Source: Paramecium tetraurelia
Taxonomy: Eukaryota
Direction of reading: 5' to 3'
Assembly (NCBI GenBank): GCA_000165425.1
Contig: CT868666.1
Location: 1-64,000 of the forward strand
Length of the DNA: 64,000 nucleotides
The translations under genes were made by a program, and so were the position numbers. Numbering within the stretch: position 1 is the stretch's first letter; every line of letters begins with the position of its first letter. Under the pieces are notes generated by a model, which was not told where the DNA came from, made no database searches, and saw only the letters and a program-made list of their open reading frames with translations. Of the stretch, positions 15,196 to 30,049 are shown piece after piece.

Positions 15196-16448
15196 TCATC
15201 TGAATAGATCAAATGGTGTTGGCTATGATTAAACCATTGGTTATGTATAAACTTAAGGAAATGCTGAATAAGCCAAATTACCAACTACAGGTTGTTGATT
15301 CCCGTATAGATTTAGGATATTTAATTGTTCTTATTTTTGGGGCTGTGGAAATCGTTAATCAAAGGCTTGAACTCCACCTTATTGATTTGAAAACCCTTAC
15401 TATGGAGGTACTTATCCAATTTGTCCTACTGATCCAACTAAATTAAAGGCACTAAAATTGAATAATCAAGTACTCAAATGGCTGTGAACTTTTATTTGAT
15501 TAAATGAAGCTTTATTACGGCTATTGTGGCTATTGTTAATTCCAACCAGTAGCAAAAGCATCAAATACCCCTGTTTATTAAGTTTATTAAGAATTCTATT
15601 AAAACGGATCTACATCTACTGTTTGTTATTTTTGTGGTGCATCTTCATCTATATTCAATAGATCAATTTCTATTTAAGTTTATTGAGATACTTGCTTATT
15701 TTTCAACTGTTTAAGTAGTCTCAGCTGAAGAGAATCCAGAAACCTAAAAGGAATCACCAAATGGATTTTCAGTCTTTTACACCTTACCAAATTACTCAAA
15801 TTCTTCAAAGGCTCCAGGTTATCCAAAAGCTGTGGATGTTCTAGAATTAAATTATTTTATTTACTTTATCTATTAAGTTGTAGGTGGTTTTTAATAAATG
15901 GGAGACACATCTTTTGGGTTCTCAAATTTAAAGTTTAAGCTCATTTTTCTAATGAAAGATGCTGATCGATAACATACTTGGGATGGTTTTCAAAGTCAAA
16001 ATTACGATATTTAAAAAAATGACCTTAATATAGTTTGTTATCTTCGTTCTGAAAAGCCTCATTAGTTTTTACTAGTGGGGAAGAAGAGCTAATTACTTTG
16101 GTTGTAGAGATGAGAGAAGTCCTTATTGTTAATTCTCAATTCAAATGTGTTCCCTTGCTGAAGAATGTTTAATGCAAACCCTTCAAGAGTAAAGGGGTAT
16201 TAAAACTAGGAAGAGAGCATCCTGAGAATAGATTTGCAGTTACATGCTTTCATGAAGTACTCTGCCATCTAAAATTAATTTTCTTTTTCCACTCAGAATA
16301 GAGAACTCCAATTCCAATATGTGTTTGTTGTTATCCAACTTGAATGTCCATTAACACTTCTTCTTTGATCTATAATAATTTTTTTGCATTACTATTTCAT
16401 TAACCAACCCAAATACTCAACCTAATAATTTAGAACCTATATACTCAT
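15196..16448 (-). CDS. FAIM-like beta-domain protein with Gln/Pro/Phe-rich adaptor-type tail
   Basis: QWTFKLDNNKHILELEFSILSGKRKLILDGRVLHES..FQYPFTLEG..FELRINNKDF. Tail contains DLLNID, DPF and FDAF and ends TPFDLFR*. Several 22-25 nt introns. Confidence 0.7.
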
Positions 16449-16480
16449 CCGATTTATTTTATATATATATAATAATGATA

Positions 16481-17269
16481 TCACTGCTTCTCCAGTTATT
16501 AAGTCAACTCATCTATTCTACATTTCAATTTCACAACCTACAAACCGTACATTTATAACATCTTCCCAGAATCACTGCCCTAACAAAAAATGTTTCACTT
16601 CTATACATTTTATTTTTAGATGATCCTCTTCAATTCCTCATTCTCCATCTTCAACAATTTCGCCTCTGAATTGGCTGCCTACTCAATCTTTGGCAAAAAC
16701 CCACTCGAATTACCCTTCCTCTAAATTTCAAGTTTCAACTCAGCATTCTCAGCCTCCAAGGATTGCAGTTACCTCTTCATTGCTCCCAACTTTTACAGTA
16801 ACTCCTAATTGTCTTTCTGAGCCTGCTCCAAAACCTAACGAGGATTGTTTGCCCTAGGCTCCACAGATTTCCTCTTGCTTAATTATTTTAAATGTTCTAA
16901 TACTCTTGCTTTTTCTGAACTTGTTGGGTTTGTGAAAATTATTGCTATTACGAGGATCTCTATTGTACTTACACTCTTGTTTATTAATTAGCTTGTTTTT
17001 TTGCTAGATTTTACTACATTTTCTCATTGAGATCCTTCACACTTTATGGTTGTTTCCCAGTTTGAGTCATACCAGATTGAGCTCTCGGATTCTGTTGTGG
17101 AGGTTTTTCCCTCGCAAAAGATTGGCTGGTATGCAATCGAGATTCAAAATCCTCAATATCTATATGAGACACTAAATCTTAATCATCCGAAAACTCGTCC
17201 TTATTTTACTCATCAATTAACTATTATAGCTCGTCTTTTCTCTAATATTATGAATAGATTACGATCCAT
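16481..17269 (-). CDS. Hypothetical coiled-coil protein (5' end uncertain)
   Basis: Long open frame KDELQQLIDEQ...LQSLEAENAELKLE...QQLEKQ*, with a 27-nt intron near 16580-16606. Confidence 0.6.
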
Positions 17270-17635
17270 CGAAATATATTATTATTGTTTAATTATAAAA
17301 TAATTATAAGTCTATAATTCTCATATTTTAGTTCTCTCTAATTTTGAATTACACTTTATTTCATTTCCTTTCTTTCATGATCCATTTTTAATTAGTTCTG
17401 TATATTCATCCTCACAATAATATTTCAAAATAGAGGAAAATAAAACACAAGGTGTAGGCACTTCATAATATTTTAGGATTTAACAAGAGATCTATTGCAA
17501 CCATTCTGAACAATCAGCTCAGCTACTGGATGCGGATGATTTGCTCATTTAAATTTTAATGGCAATATTTAAGACATCAAAATAAATAAAGAATATTTTA
17601 TTTATTTTATTTGAATAATAAAATTTATTTGCGAA

Positions 17636-18369
<734 letters not shown>

Positions 18370-18384
18370 AATTATAATAATAAA

Positions 18385-19227
18385 TCATTAATTCAACTTA
18401 GTTTTTAGTATGACTCTTTGTAAGAGTTTGTTTTGTTCAGTATAAACATTGGTGGGATGAGATTTGGTCTTTTTGTGTTGGCTGATGTGGACAGATCTGG
18501 GAGATTAAGAAGTTTTGATTTGGTTTCTGGCTTCGGTCAAAATTTTCTCAAGGGCATTGTTAGTTTTGAACTTTGATTTTAATATAAATTATTATGGTTC
18601 TAAGAGTTAGTGTGTTGTAAAATACTGAAGAGCATTTTCGGGCTTTGTTTTCGTGAACAACTCAGAGTAATGGTTTGTTTGGTGTCGAAGGCTTATTCAA
18701 TTGAGGGTTATCTTGTAAGAGGCATGTTTTCGTGTATGGAGCTAGGTTTAAATGTAGGTATGAATACTATGGGGTTTGGGTGATGACGTTCTATTCTGAG
18801 ATTTTGAAATCTTTGACTTTCTTCATGAATTGGCTGTAATTATGATTGATGTTTGGTCCACTTTTGGAGAATAGGTTACGAGCCGAGCCCTGGGATGGGA
18901 GGTTAGATTTTTCTGCGGATCTTTGATACAGGAGTGATTACTTAGATTTTGTATGATAACATTGGCTAATCTTTACTTTTTGTGTTCTGCAAATTCAGAG
19001 ACAACATCATGAAACAACTAGTATTTCTGAGATCTGAAACCACAGAGTTTCGAATAAGTTGATTGACATCTAAGTTTTTTAGGTAGTTAATCGTAGGTAC
19101 TGGGATATTCAAACGAATAATTCTTATGTTCATTGGACCTCTGCAACTCTTTCATCATTCTCACAGTGGGAGTGACTTTACTGAACTCTGTTTTCAATTT
19201 TCGATTAATTACTTATGATTAAAACAT
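18385..19227 (-). CDS. Hypothetical basic low-complexity protein (exon structure uncertain)
   Basis: Coding-like composition and long open frames in ciliate code. No recognised domain. Confidence 0.5.
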
Positions 19228-19317
19228 AATTTTAATTATAAAATATTTTTTTTGATTATTTTGTACATCATTTTTTCAATTTATTTTCAATTTAAAAAGT
19301 TTGATAGATAAAAAAAG

Positions 19318-20516
19318 TCAAAATAACTAAAAAAACATCTTATTTGTAATGCTACTTCTTCTGGACTTCTCATTTATTTGACATCTATAATCATCAAATA
19401 GATGCTGATTATCTTTGATAAGATGTTGATTCAGTTTTATAATCTGATGATTCTCTTCATCCTCAATAAGAATTTGTGCTTTGTCAAAATTGTCTTTGCG
19501 AACAGGCAAATAAGGAGCTTGAAGTTTCTTGGAAGCCAATAAGTCAAAGGGATAATTTTTGAACCACGGATGTGTCCTGGGCTGAGTCAATCTCTGTTGT
19601 GGTTTGATCAACAGAAGTTGGTTAATGAAATCATTGGCTTCAGGAGACCAATCTGACATATTGACTTGGACTTGTTTGAGGAGCATTTGTTCTCTGATAT
19701 CCTTTCTGGTACCATGATAAGGTCGTCTACCTGTCATACATTCATAGCATATGACACCAAGGGCGAAATAATCAGCTGGAATGCCATGATCTTAGCGAAA
19801 GAGGACTTCTGGAGACATGTAGCCAGGAGTGCCACTGGTCTCAAAATTTTGTGGGAATTGTGCATGCTTTTTGATTGCAACTCCCAGATCAGTGATGCGT
19901 AGATAGCCATGATTGTCGAAGATGAGATTCTCTGGTTTGATGTCTCGATGGATGATTTTTTAACTGTGTAGATATTCCAAGGCAATTGTGATGCATGCCA
20001 CAAAAAACTCTATTTAATTTATTTTATAATACTAGTTTATTCTTCTGAAAATTTCCTTTGTTTTCCTAGATGGAATCTTAAATCTCCTCCGCTCAGATAA
20101 TCGAGAACAAGATAGAGATTTTGAGTGTCTTGAAAGGCTGAATATGCGTTGACTATGAAGGGATGTTTCAATTCTGTTAAAAATTTTAATTCTGTCATAA
20201 TGCTTGGAACACTTTATTTTAAAAGTACTAATGCTTTATTGATCTCTTTCATTGCGAAGACTTGTTGTTTGTGTATGACTTTCCACACTCTCCCAAATCC
20301 TCCCACTCCGATTATGCACTGGAGTTAGTATTAATTTTTGATTTTGTCCTAGGAATAATCATGTTATTTGGAATGACTGGATGGTTTATTGGAATTTTTT
20401 CTGTTGGTTGAACGATGTGCATTGTGAAGGAAGAGTTGGATATTTAAGTCATTGTTTATGCTTCGATATGGTGAAGAGAATCTTCTGGCATTGATTTTCA
20501 ACTTGAGATCTGCCAT
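19318..20516 (-). CDS. AGC-group Ser/Thr protein kinase
   Basis: [40 protein letters not shown] and AGC C-tail APYLP..DNFD. One intron near 20009-20031. Confidence 0.93.
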
Positions 20517-20768
20517 TGAGTGACGTAAGTTGTGGAAAAGGTAATTAAATTAAATTAATAAATAATTGCAAAAAGGAAGAATGTTTTAGTATAAATAAAT
20601 CAGTGGAGTCGTGAATTTATCAGCAACATTATTTCTGATGTCGTGAGACATAATATCATCAGATTAAGAATTGACAAATGTTAAGCATTATATTAATAAA
20701 TTACTATCCCTAATCAATTTATGGGATTATTAACACTATTATGACCATCTTACGTTAATTAATAATTT

Positions 20769-23238
20769 ATGATATAAAAATTCATACAAAGAGTTTCATA
20801 TTTCGACACCTTTGGAGCAGAAGTGAAGTTGAATTTCAGGAAGAAAGAAACTCATCAATCACCATTCGGAGGTTTTTGTACAATCCTTTTGGTGGTTGTT
20901 TTGGGCATCGTTTTCGTCCAGGGAGCTATCAGTCTCATAAAACAGGAAACCTTCACTGTACATTTATTCGATAATCTATTGAGATCTCATCCAATCGGGT
21001 ATTGAACATTGATCCACCTACCACTCTCCTCAACTACAACGATTACATGATGGCATTCCAAGTAGAAGATCCGATTGTCGACGGAACCAAACAATTAATC
21101 GATTTTATCTATACACAATATGAGCAAAACATGAATGAAAATGGCACCTTGACTAAAACTGAGAAATACTCACTACCACTTGAAAAATGTACAATCAAGC
21201 ATTTCCAAGACTTCAATGAATCCACTATCTACAATGTATATCACTTATCTACTAACTCTAGAAAATACTGAAAGACCAACTCAATAGCTATTATTGTCTC
21301 CCCCTCAATTACACCCTAACTTTGGAAGGCACTTTCAAATCTAATACGTTTTAATATGGAAGAATAACAGCTCTACTTTGCGACACCAGCTCGTGTTATT
21401 CAACTTCGGAAATTTAGCAATTCCAACTAGACGGCTAATTGAATAATAGTTTTAAAATCAACACTCTAATGCTCAATCGAGTCGCTAATTTAAATCAAGA
21501 ATCTAATTACATTTCCTACATCTACTCCGATTTCTACATTTCAACCAAAATTGGCCTCGAAACCAAGGCAGACATCTACCTTGAGAAATAAGCAATGACC
21601 ATTGAAAACTCAGTCGTCCCTGGAATCAAGGATATGCAAGATGAACATGTCTTTTCCATCGTGGAAAACAAACTAACTCCCAACACTGTTTATACTTCCA
21701 ACATTACGAAGGTTGCATCCTTTTACTTGCGTCTCTCATAATCTGAGATGCATTACTCTAAGGAATATTACCGCGTAGACGAACTCATCTCCTACGTTGG
21801 TGGCATCACTAAATTCTTAGCAACTGTCATCGGCTACTTTATACTTCGATACAACGAGACTGGCCTATAAATTAAGATGGCTAATGCATTGTATCAATTT
21901 GATATGCCAGAGAAAAAAAAAGGAGAGTTGGTGTTCTCTTTTTAGACTTTGGTTACTAAAATAATTGACTCTATGAAATCGGTTGATGATGTAGTTCAAA
22001 AATTTAAACATAGTGCTCATAGGGTCATTCATATGACGAGAGTTGCAACTGCTTTGCGGTTGCCCATCTCCTCAACTTAACAATACGATAAAAATGAATA
22101 GGACAATGTAAGTGTGCATACTCACAGAGTTTAAATTGTAAATCATGATGTGCATTATGGTAATTTGAAATCGGAGAAATCCTTAGATTAATCACATGAG
22201 AATCATCATCAACAACAACAACAACAACAACCAAATTTGGATAAGGATAAAGAGAAATTTTTGGACTTATTTATTAAATTAATTTTGGAAAGTAAAAAGA
22301 AATTATCATTCGGAGTACATTTTATTGTTAAATAAGTTTCTGGTTCATTTAAAAGAAATAGCACCACCAATTATTAAGCCAGAATATTTGAAAAGTCAAG
22401 GAAAATGATTTTAACAGATATGGACATATTAGTTGTCATGAATAAGCTCTAAGAAATTGAGAAATTCAAACACATCTTTCTTAATAAAACCTAAAGGAAA
22501 GTATTTAATTACTTGCCAAAACCAGTTGTTTGTGTGAGTGAGGAAAGATCATAAGTGAAGCATCACGAAGATTAAATATCGGAGAATGAAATGACCAACA
22601 AAAAAAACGATATGCTCAAATAGAAGAGCAGCTCCAAAAGTCTATTAGGAGGCAGGCAGATCTACAATACCGAAAGGAAGTTCAAGAGATTGTACAAGGC
22701 TTATGAGAGTCTGGCTTTAAATGACCTTAGTGGGACTGAGGATTTTGAGCATCAGAGCAACAAACACAACAAGGATTTTGAACACCAATTTAAGCACAGC
22801 GACGATTTAGAACACTCATTCAGCAATAATAAATATTTTGAATAATCACTAAACAAAAGATTATTAAAAATGGTTGAACCCACAATTCAGTATAGTTTCA
22901 ATTCTCTTGTTGAACTAGAAAAGATATCCAGGCAATCGAAGCAGAATAAGAATAAGAATAACAAGAGAGTGATCACTCCAGCACTTAAAAATCGACTGGT
23001 GCAATAATTGGATTCTTAGAATGAAGAAGGAGACGATGACAATGACATGGATTGCATAACTCTCAAGGGTTCCAAGAAAGATCAACAGACGAAACGATCA
23101 CCTCATAGTTTAAGCAATTACAACATAAAGAAGACTCATAACACTTTGGGAAGTAGTTCGAGACAGCACCAAGAAATCAAATTAACCAAAGTTCAATCTA
23201 AATAGGACTTAATAGACATAGAGGTATTTAGTTCATGA
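20769..23238 (+). CDS. Two-TM membrane protein with large Cys-containing ectodomain (ciliate-expanded family, DEG/ENaC-like topology)
   Basis: [15 protein letters not shown]1, ectodomain (LEKCT, YCLP..LEG), [15 protein letters not shown]2 and a long cytosolic tail. Two or three small introns. Confidence 0.75.
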
Positions 23239-23296
23239 TTATATGAATAAATTTTATAATGTTTGGTTTATCTCGATATTAATAATTAATTTTAAA

Positions 23297-25180
23297 ATGT
23301 ATAATGAAGATGATACACAAAATGTAACCAAAATAAAATCGCATTTGGTGATTGATATGCAAAACCATCATGATATAATTAAAGAGAAATTGAGCGACTA
23401 ACCCAGAAAAGTGTTGATTCTCAATACTGGTGGCACCATTTCCATGTTTCCTTCGTCATCTGGATATGTTACCAAAACAGGAGCATTGAAAAACTTCTTA
23501 TAAAACAACCCATTCTCCTGCGATATGGATTACACCTATTTTAAGGCTACTGATGATTTTCTGATCACTCCTATCACAGCCTTTAACAGAAGAATTTGGT
23601 TTAAGGTGGATGAATTAGATAAATTGCTTGATTCCTCAAACATGAATTCAGATGATTGGGTAACCATAGCGGAAAGGATAGAAAAAGCATATAAACATTA
23701 TGATAGTTTCATTATATTGCATGGAACAGATACAATGGCCTATACTGCGAGTGCTTTGTCTTTTATGTTCCAAAATCTTTCAAAAACAGTGATATTGACA
23801 GGTAGTCAAGTGCCCTTGTCACAACCAAGAAACGATGGGTTTACTAATTTTCTGAATGCTCTCACAATAGCTGGCCATTTTACAATCCCAGAAGTCTTAA
23901 TATGCTTCCAAGATAAATTGCTCAGAGGCAATAGAGCTTAGAAAGTGAATTCTTCCTCTTTGGATTCTTTTGATTCTCCTAAATTCATACCTTTGGGATA
24001 CTTTGGAGTGAATATTAGTATTAAATGGGATATTATCATGAAGAATCCAAATGAAGAGAATTTATAAGTGAACAAGAAATTCTGCACGAATATCAGTTTG
24101 ATTCGTCTGAATCCCTTGTTAAATCATGTCACTTTAAATGAGATATTTAAGAATGAGAAATTGAAGGGAGTTGTTATAGAGACTTATGGAGCAGGCAATA
24201 TGCAAACAGAAGAAAAGTTCTGTAATGAAATTGCTTAGGCAGCCAAAAGAGGAATTGTAATAGTCAACATCTCTCAATGTCATACATCCTAAGTAGAAAT
24301 GATTTATGAGACTGGCATCATCTTTGAAAACATGGGAGTGTAATATATACATAATTATTTATCTTTAGAATCAGCGGAGGAGACATGACATCCTAAGCAG
24401 CCTTTACTAAACTCGGGTATTTATTGGCTTAGACTGATGACGTTGATAAGGTCAAGGATGAATTCCAAAGGAATATAAGAGGAGAGTTGACAGAATCAGG
24501 TGGAACAGCTGAGACTGAACCCTTTTTGATGGCCTTGTCATCAGCCATTAAATAGCAGCACTCCAAAATTGATCTGAATAAGGACTTAGTGTTCCCAAAT
24601 ATCTTGTGTCAGATATGTGTACAGAAGAAGAAATTGTCATCAATGAAATTATCAAAGATTGTAAGATCTATGTTGATAGGAATAGGAAATCAATTACAAG
24701 GCATAAGACTATGACAAGAGAAGCATATTACATGTGGCTGCAAGAGAAGGTTCATTGGAGATTGCTGAGTTAATCCTGAGGAAATGCCCAGAAATCGTTA
24801 ACAATGTGGATAGATGGAAACATAGTCCTATGTATGAAGCTGTCATGGCTAAGAACACTCAAATGATCTAATTGCTCTTGAGATTCCAAGGGAAATTGAT
24901 TGCCCCGATCAAAGAGTTGACTTAACTCCTTATGTTAGATGTGGCTAATGGAAAGGGAGATATGCTTAATCTCTTTTATGAAGCTGGAGAAAGGGATTTC
25001 ACTCAATATAAGACGGAAGATAACAGAACTGTTGCTCATTTGGCTGTTTCTGTGGGCAATGATGCTGCCTTGCAATTCCTGTCGAATCCTGGGGTGATTT
25101 TTGATTGGTAAGTGCAAGACAAGTTTGGTCGAATACCCAAAGATGAGAAAATTTTATAGAAAAGACTATTAAAGAGATGA
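23297..25180 (+). CDS. ASPG: L-asparaginase type I with C-terminal ankyrin repeats (60-kDa lysophospholipase-like)
   Basis: TGGTISM, LDSSNM, HGTDTMAYTAS, TGSQVP, RGNR, ETYGAGN and ankyrin DYDKRSILHVAAREG. Introns near 24340-24368 and 24661-24685. Confidence 0.92.
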
Positions 25181-25219
25181 GTACATCTGATAAACATTTA
25201 TAATTTTATAAAATAAAGC

Positions 25220-25846
25220 ATGTAAAATTATTGTTCATTATGCGGATTACCACAAGGAACCTTGAAATAAGAATTGTTCCTGTTTCCTGTGGAGATTAAA
25301 ACTCAATACAAAAATTGTTATATTGAACAAATAGTTTTGAAATTGATAACTTTTCATATACACTAACTCATACTCATTGATAATTACATCCTGTTTCGCA
25401 ACGAAAAACACATTTGTGAATCCTGTTGGTAACTAATTCAGCAAGGTTTCACTTGTAAGAAATGTAAAGTCTACAACTTCGTATAGAACAGTTCAATCAA
25501 GCAATGCAATTTCTGTAAATCCTGTTTCTGTCTAGACTGTGAAGCTCAACTTGAACTCTTTTCATCCACTTAAGGCATTTGCTACGGTTGTTAGAAATAA
25601 GAATTATTCTCCTACAAAATTGCCTATTTTATAATGATTCTCTTTGTTGGATTGATTGTGCCTTGCTTAGCTTTCAATTAGTTGCTGTCCCAATACTTTG
25701 ACCCCATTCACCAATTCAATTGCTGTAAGAATAGATTTTATACGACTTTGTTGCTATTCATTTTACTTTTTCCCTTTCTATATCCGTATACAATCATTTA
25801 ATTAATCTGTACAGGGATTAAATCCATCATTAGAAATTGCCGATGA
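25220..25846 (+). CDS. Cys-rich (IBR/zinc-finger-like) protein with two C-terminal TM segments
   Basis: CSLC, CESC, CKKC, CNFC..CFCLDC and CYGC followed by hydrophobic helices. Confidence 0.6.
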
Positions 25847-26098
25847 CTTAATTAATTTATAGATTCGTATTTAAAAATATAAAAATAATATATGAAGGCA
25901 GAATATTTCTAACCTTTCCTATGCTTACTTATTATAAATGAATATTCTTTATACATAGCAGCCATTGGTTCATCCTAAATTTAAGGAAACTATGCGAATA
26001 AGTATCATATTATTCACTAAGAATTCGAAAATAGTAATCATAATTAATTATAAATTAAAGTCTTCAAATGATGAAATTGATTTACAATTTATCATAAT

Positions 26099-26503
26099 TC
26101 ATTCATATTTTCTATTCAGCCAGAACTATGATATTGGAACTTGCTAATTATTAAAGTTGAAATGCTGTTGATATTCACCTGCAATCAGATCGTCACTTCG
26201 GATCATACTTCCACAAGCCATGATGAAACCAAAACTACCTCCACTCACTATTACTGATATAGGAATCATAGATAATTTTTTATATTGAACTGCTGCCCAC
26301 AATCCAGTTACTAATCCGAATCCACCTCCAACCAGTGATCCCATTATGAAACCTTACTTTGCATACACTTAAACCTCAGCAAACTTTCTTTTTACTATTC
26401 GCCATTTCCTTTATCTTGCAGTCTCTGTTTGAGGAGCCTCTAATCTATCCTTTAGATTTTACTCAGAGAGCAACTTTTCATATTCGTCTTCCTTACCAGA
26501 CAT
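26099..26503 (-). CDS. Romo1/Mgr2 family mitochondrial inner-membrane protein (134 aa)
   Basis: GFIMGSLVGGGFG..G..SGGSFGFIMACGSMIR matches the Romo1/Mgr2 signature. Intronless, 405 nt. Confidence 0.85.
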
Positions 26504-27005
26504 AAAATTAAATATAAAATAATAAATTATAATTATTTCTGCTTACTATTAATATTGAAGAATAACTAAATGTAATTTGTCAAAGATTCATAATTGCCAC
26601 CTATTTCAATCTATTTCACTCAAATTTTGATAGCTAAGCTAAAATTAAGATATGCAAAATAGAATTTACCTTAATTAATCATTAAGGGTTATAATAATAT
26701 ATTTGTTAATACTTTCAGATAAAGATAATTGTACAAACAATTTAAAGCAAAGTTTAATTGAATTGGGACAACGTTTATAAAGTATTCTAAACACTCATTT
26801 TCATGATTTCAATAGTTTTATTAAAGAAAGTTGATAATTCTCATCATTTCTAAGAATAAATCTAGATTAATGTTTATATTTGATTTTTATTTATCATGCT
26901 GATTTATTCTAATATATTTTTACAAATAAGTACTTAATATATCTACTGATATCATATATATATATAAAATGAAATTAAATAAAATCTTTAATTGAAATAA
27001 GATAT

Positions 27006-27922
27006 TCAAATAGTTAACAACATAAAATCTATATAAATATTCAAAGTGCTAGTAATTTTTTATTTGCTAATGATATGGATGTTTAGACCAATTCTTAAAT
27101 TATTTTGCATTCTAATTCAGGGAGAACTGTGGCAAAGAATGCAATAAGGTCTTATAAAATTTTAGCTTTTAAAGTGATTTTTTATTTGTCTTTTAATTCT
27201 CCAATCTGGCCTAGTATCTCCTGGATTTAATAGAGCAATTTAATGAATTATTGTGTATGGACATTCTTCAAACATGACACCTCAGCAATTTTTGCTTGAA
27301 TGCTTTATGAATACTTATTGATTTCTTCGTTAACGATAGTAATTTAATTAAGTGGTTCTTACAATTTTTATTCTTCAATAATTTACTACTGTTATTCTTG
27401 TATAATGATTTAATTAGAATTGTTATATGATGCTTGCACTTCCTCTGGATTTACATCTTCTTCTTGTTTGATTTCCTGGAAATCTGCTTGATCATCTTAA
27501 TTATTATTTTATGCAATTTAGATTTCGACATTTTCCTGGTTGACATTTAAAGGTTAAACTTAGTATTAATCTGGTGACTTAATCTCATTTTTATTACTCA
27601 ATTTAGCTGATTAATTAGAATCCTCAAAATTTTGGAATTCTATTTTATTGGGAGTTAGATTCTAAGTATGTGAGGGAGTAGTTGGAAAGAAGAGTCGTTT
27701 AGGGACAGTGAAGTTATTGGGGGAAGTAAAGATCGGTCTCTTGGTTGGACTGGAGTATAGATTTTAAGGAGTTGAGAATTTAGCATCCTGATAACGATTC
27801 CACTTTTAATCTTGTTTTTCCTTCTGTTTTTCAATCAACTTGACGAAGGCTTTAGGAATAGGTTCATTATCCCTTGAATAATAAAGTGCTTTTTCTTTTA
27901 GCTTTGGAGATCTATTTCTCAT
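27006..27922 (-). CDS. Hypothetical hydrophilic protein (3' end approximate)
   Basis: Long Gln/Glu-rich open frame beginning MRNRSPKLKEK. Confidence 0.55.
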
Positions 27923-28186
27923 TTCAATATATAAATAATAATAAAACACTTTTTTATTATTAATTTTAGGTTTGCTATTATAGATATCTTTTGAAGGGAA
28001 AAGAAGAGAAGGATGTTCTTGTCTATATTCTTGCCTATGTTGTTTTATATGTTTAATTATATTCTTGTTATTGAATAGAGAGTGTAAACCTATTTATTAA
28101 TTAGGAAGATAAAAATCACAAATCGGGAATTATTAAATGAATATTTATAATAATTATTATTATAAATTAATATTTTAGTATTGACA

Positions 28187-29303
28187 TCACTTTTTATAAG
28201 TCCTATCTGTCTGGCACTATTGCTATTGGAAATTTTGATTGAAAAATTATGCTTAATTCTATTGAAGCAAAGAATACTATCTGTTATTGTTTCTGTGTTG
28301 ATTTTCACCTTGCCTTTAATTGAAAATATTAACTTATGGTTTCAAAAACATCTATAACAGTTAATTCTCAGCTAATCTTTTAAGGTTAGAAATAAATTTA
28401 AAAAGATCTTTGTCATAACATTTAAATAATTTTTCGAATCCAACTCTTTCATCTGGGTTGGTTTGAATCATTTACATAATTAAATCAATAAACCACCCTT
28501 CTTCATAACTCACATCTTCTTAACTCACTAGTCTAGTTTTCAATGATGTATCAAAGAATTAATTTTAAGTTTTAGGTTTTCCAAAAGGCAATCTTTGAAA
28601 TTACAATTCATACAATACTAGTCCAATCTATTCTATTATTTATTAAATACTGAATAAACATCAATTTTTGAGATTTTCTCATAATCAAACTAAGGTAAAC
28701 TTTGTCCATGTTTTTTTTACAATTCAGGAGCTGCATACTATTGAGTACCCAATTAGCTTATAGTGTTGCCTATTTCCTCACATAGCTTCGAAACACCAAA
28801 GTCGGTAAGTTTATAAATGGGTTTATTATCCTTAAAACTTATTAGAATATTTTCTGGCTTGATATCTCTGTGAATAACTTTGTGATCATATAATGATTTG
28901 TATCCTTACAGAAATTACTAGAAGAAAATCAATCTAGATTCCAGATTTGTTAACTTGTCTTTATGAGTCTTCAAATTGCAATCACATTCATCCATGAGTA
29001 TACAGACATTCTTCAAGTCTTAAAAATGAAGCACACTTTTAATAGCAACTAAATTCTCATTCTTGTTAAAATCCTGCTTCAAATGATTATAAATCTCAAG
29101 TTCCTTGTGAACTGATTACTCATTTTCATATTCGATAACCTAATCTAAGTGATTTATACTTTTAAAATGAATTTATTTTTCATATTATATCTACAACCAA
29201 AAATTTATGCCTACTATCCCTGATAACCTTTATAAGGGTATTAGAGGTCATCAATATTATACTATCTTAATTTCTCGATTAATTGGTTGTAGTTTATTTT
29301 CAT
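28187..29303 (-). CDS. Ser/Thr protein kinase with Gln/Asn-rich tail
   Basis: [32 protein letters not shown] and LPF. Small introns. Confidence 0.9.
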
Positions 29304-30049
29304 AAATAATAATTATAAATATAAGTATCTTAATACATTTATAATCAGAAATAGCTTTATTGAACATTTAAGATAAGATAAATGTTGTGATTCGAAATAA
29401 TAACTCCTTCATTTATCTTAGCTGTTTACCTTTCTCTATTTTAAAATCACGCGCACTATTTTATTAGCTAATAACTAATAATTTTATTATCAAATTATAC
29501 TTCATACAGTTCTTCTTTATCTATATACTAAATTTGAAATGTATATTTATTTTTATATAACGTCATAAGTCTTAATTAGATTGGGTTTTATATCACTCAA
29601 TAGCAATGAATAACCAAAACATGGTTTGGACACCCTAAACTATATATCCTAAAATGGTCTAATCTACAGATCCTTGAGATTTGACAGTTAATTACACCAA
29701 TAGAGAGAGAGTAACATTATTTAATTTTGATAAAACTATAAGAATTATGATATAGATAATGATTCAAATAAAACAAAGTAGAGTGGCCAACAAAAGTATA
29801 TAAAAAGATACTAAATGAATGTGCCTAAGATATATATTAGAAATGGTTTACTCATAACATGCACGATAATATTTAAGGGTGATCATAACTGAGATCAGTT
29901 GAGCAATTGTAGTTACTATCAAGGCGATACTTTAGACGATAAGGTTTAAAATAAATAAAAAAATTAAAGGTAAAAACACAAGGGAATTCCATATTAAAAT
30001 CTACCTGAAATCTAATGTTATTTCTAATTCTTTTATTTTTAACTTCGAC

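Noticed and set aside
15200..15850. Plus-strand frame with several TGA among Cys/Tyr/Gly codons (selenoprotein or TGA=Trp insert)
   Set aside because: It is the antisense shadow of the minus-strand FAIM-like gene
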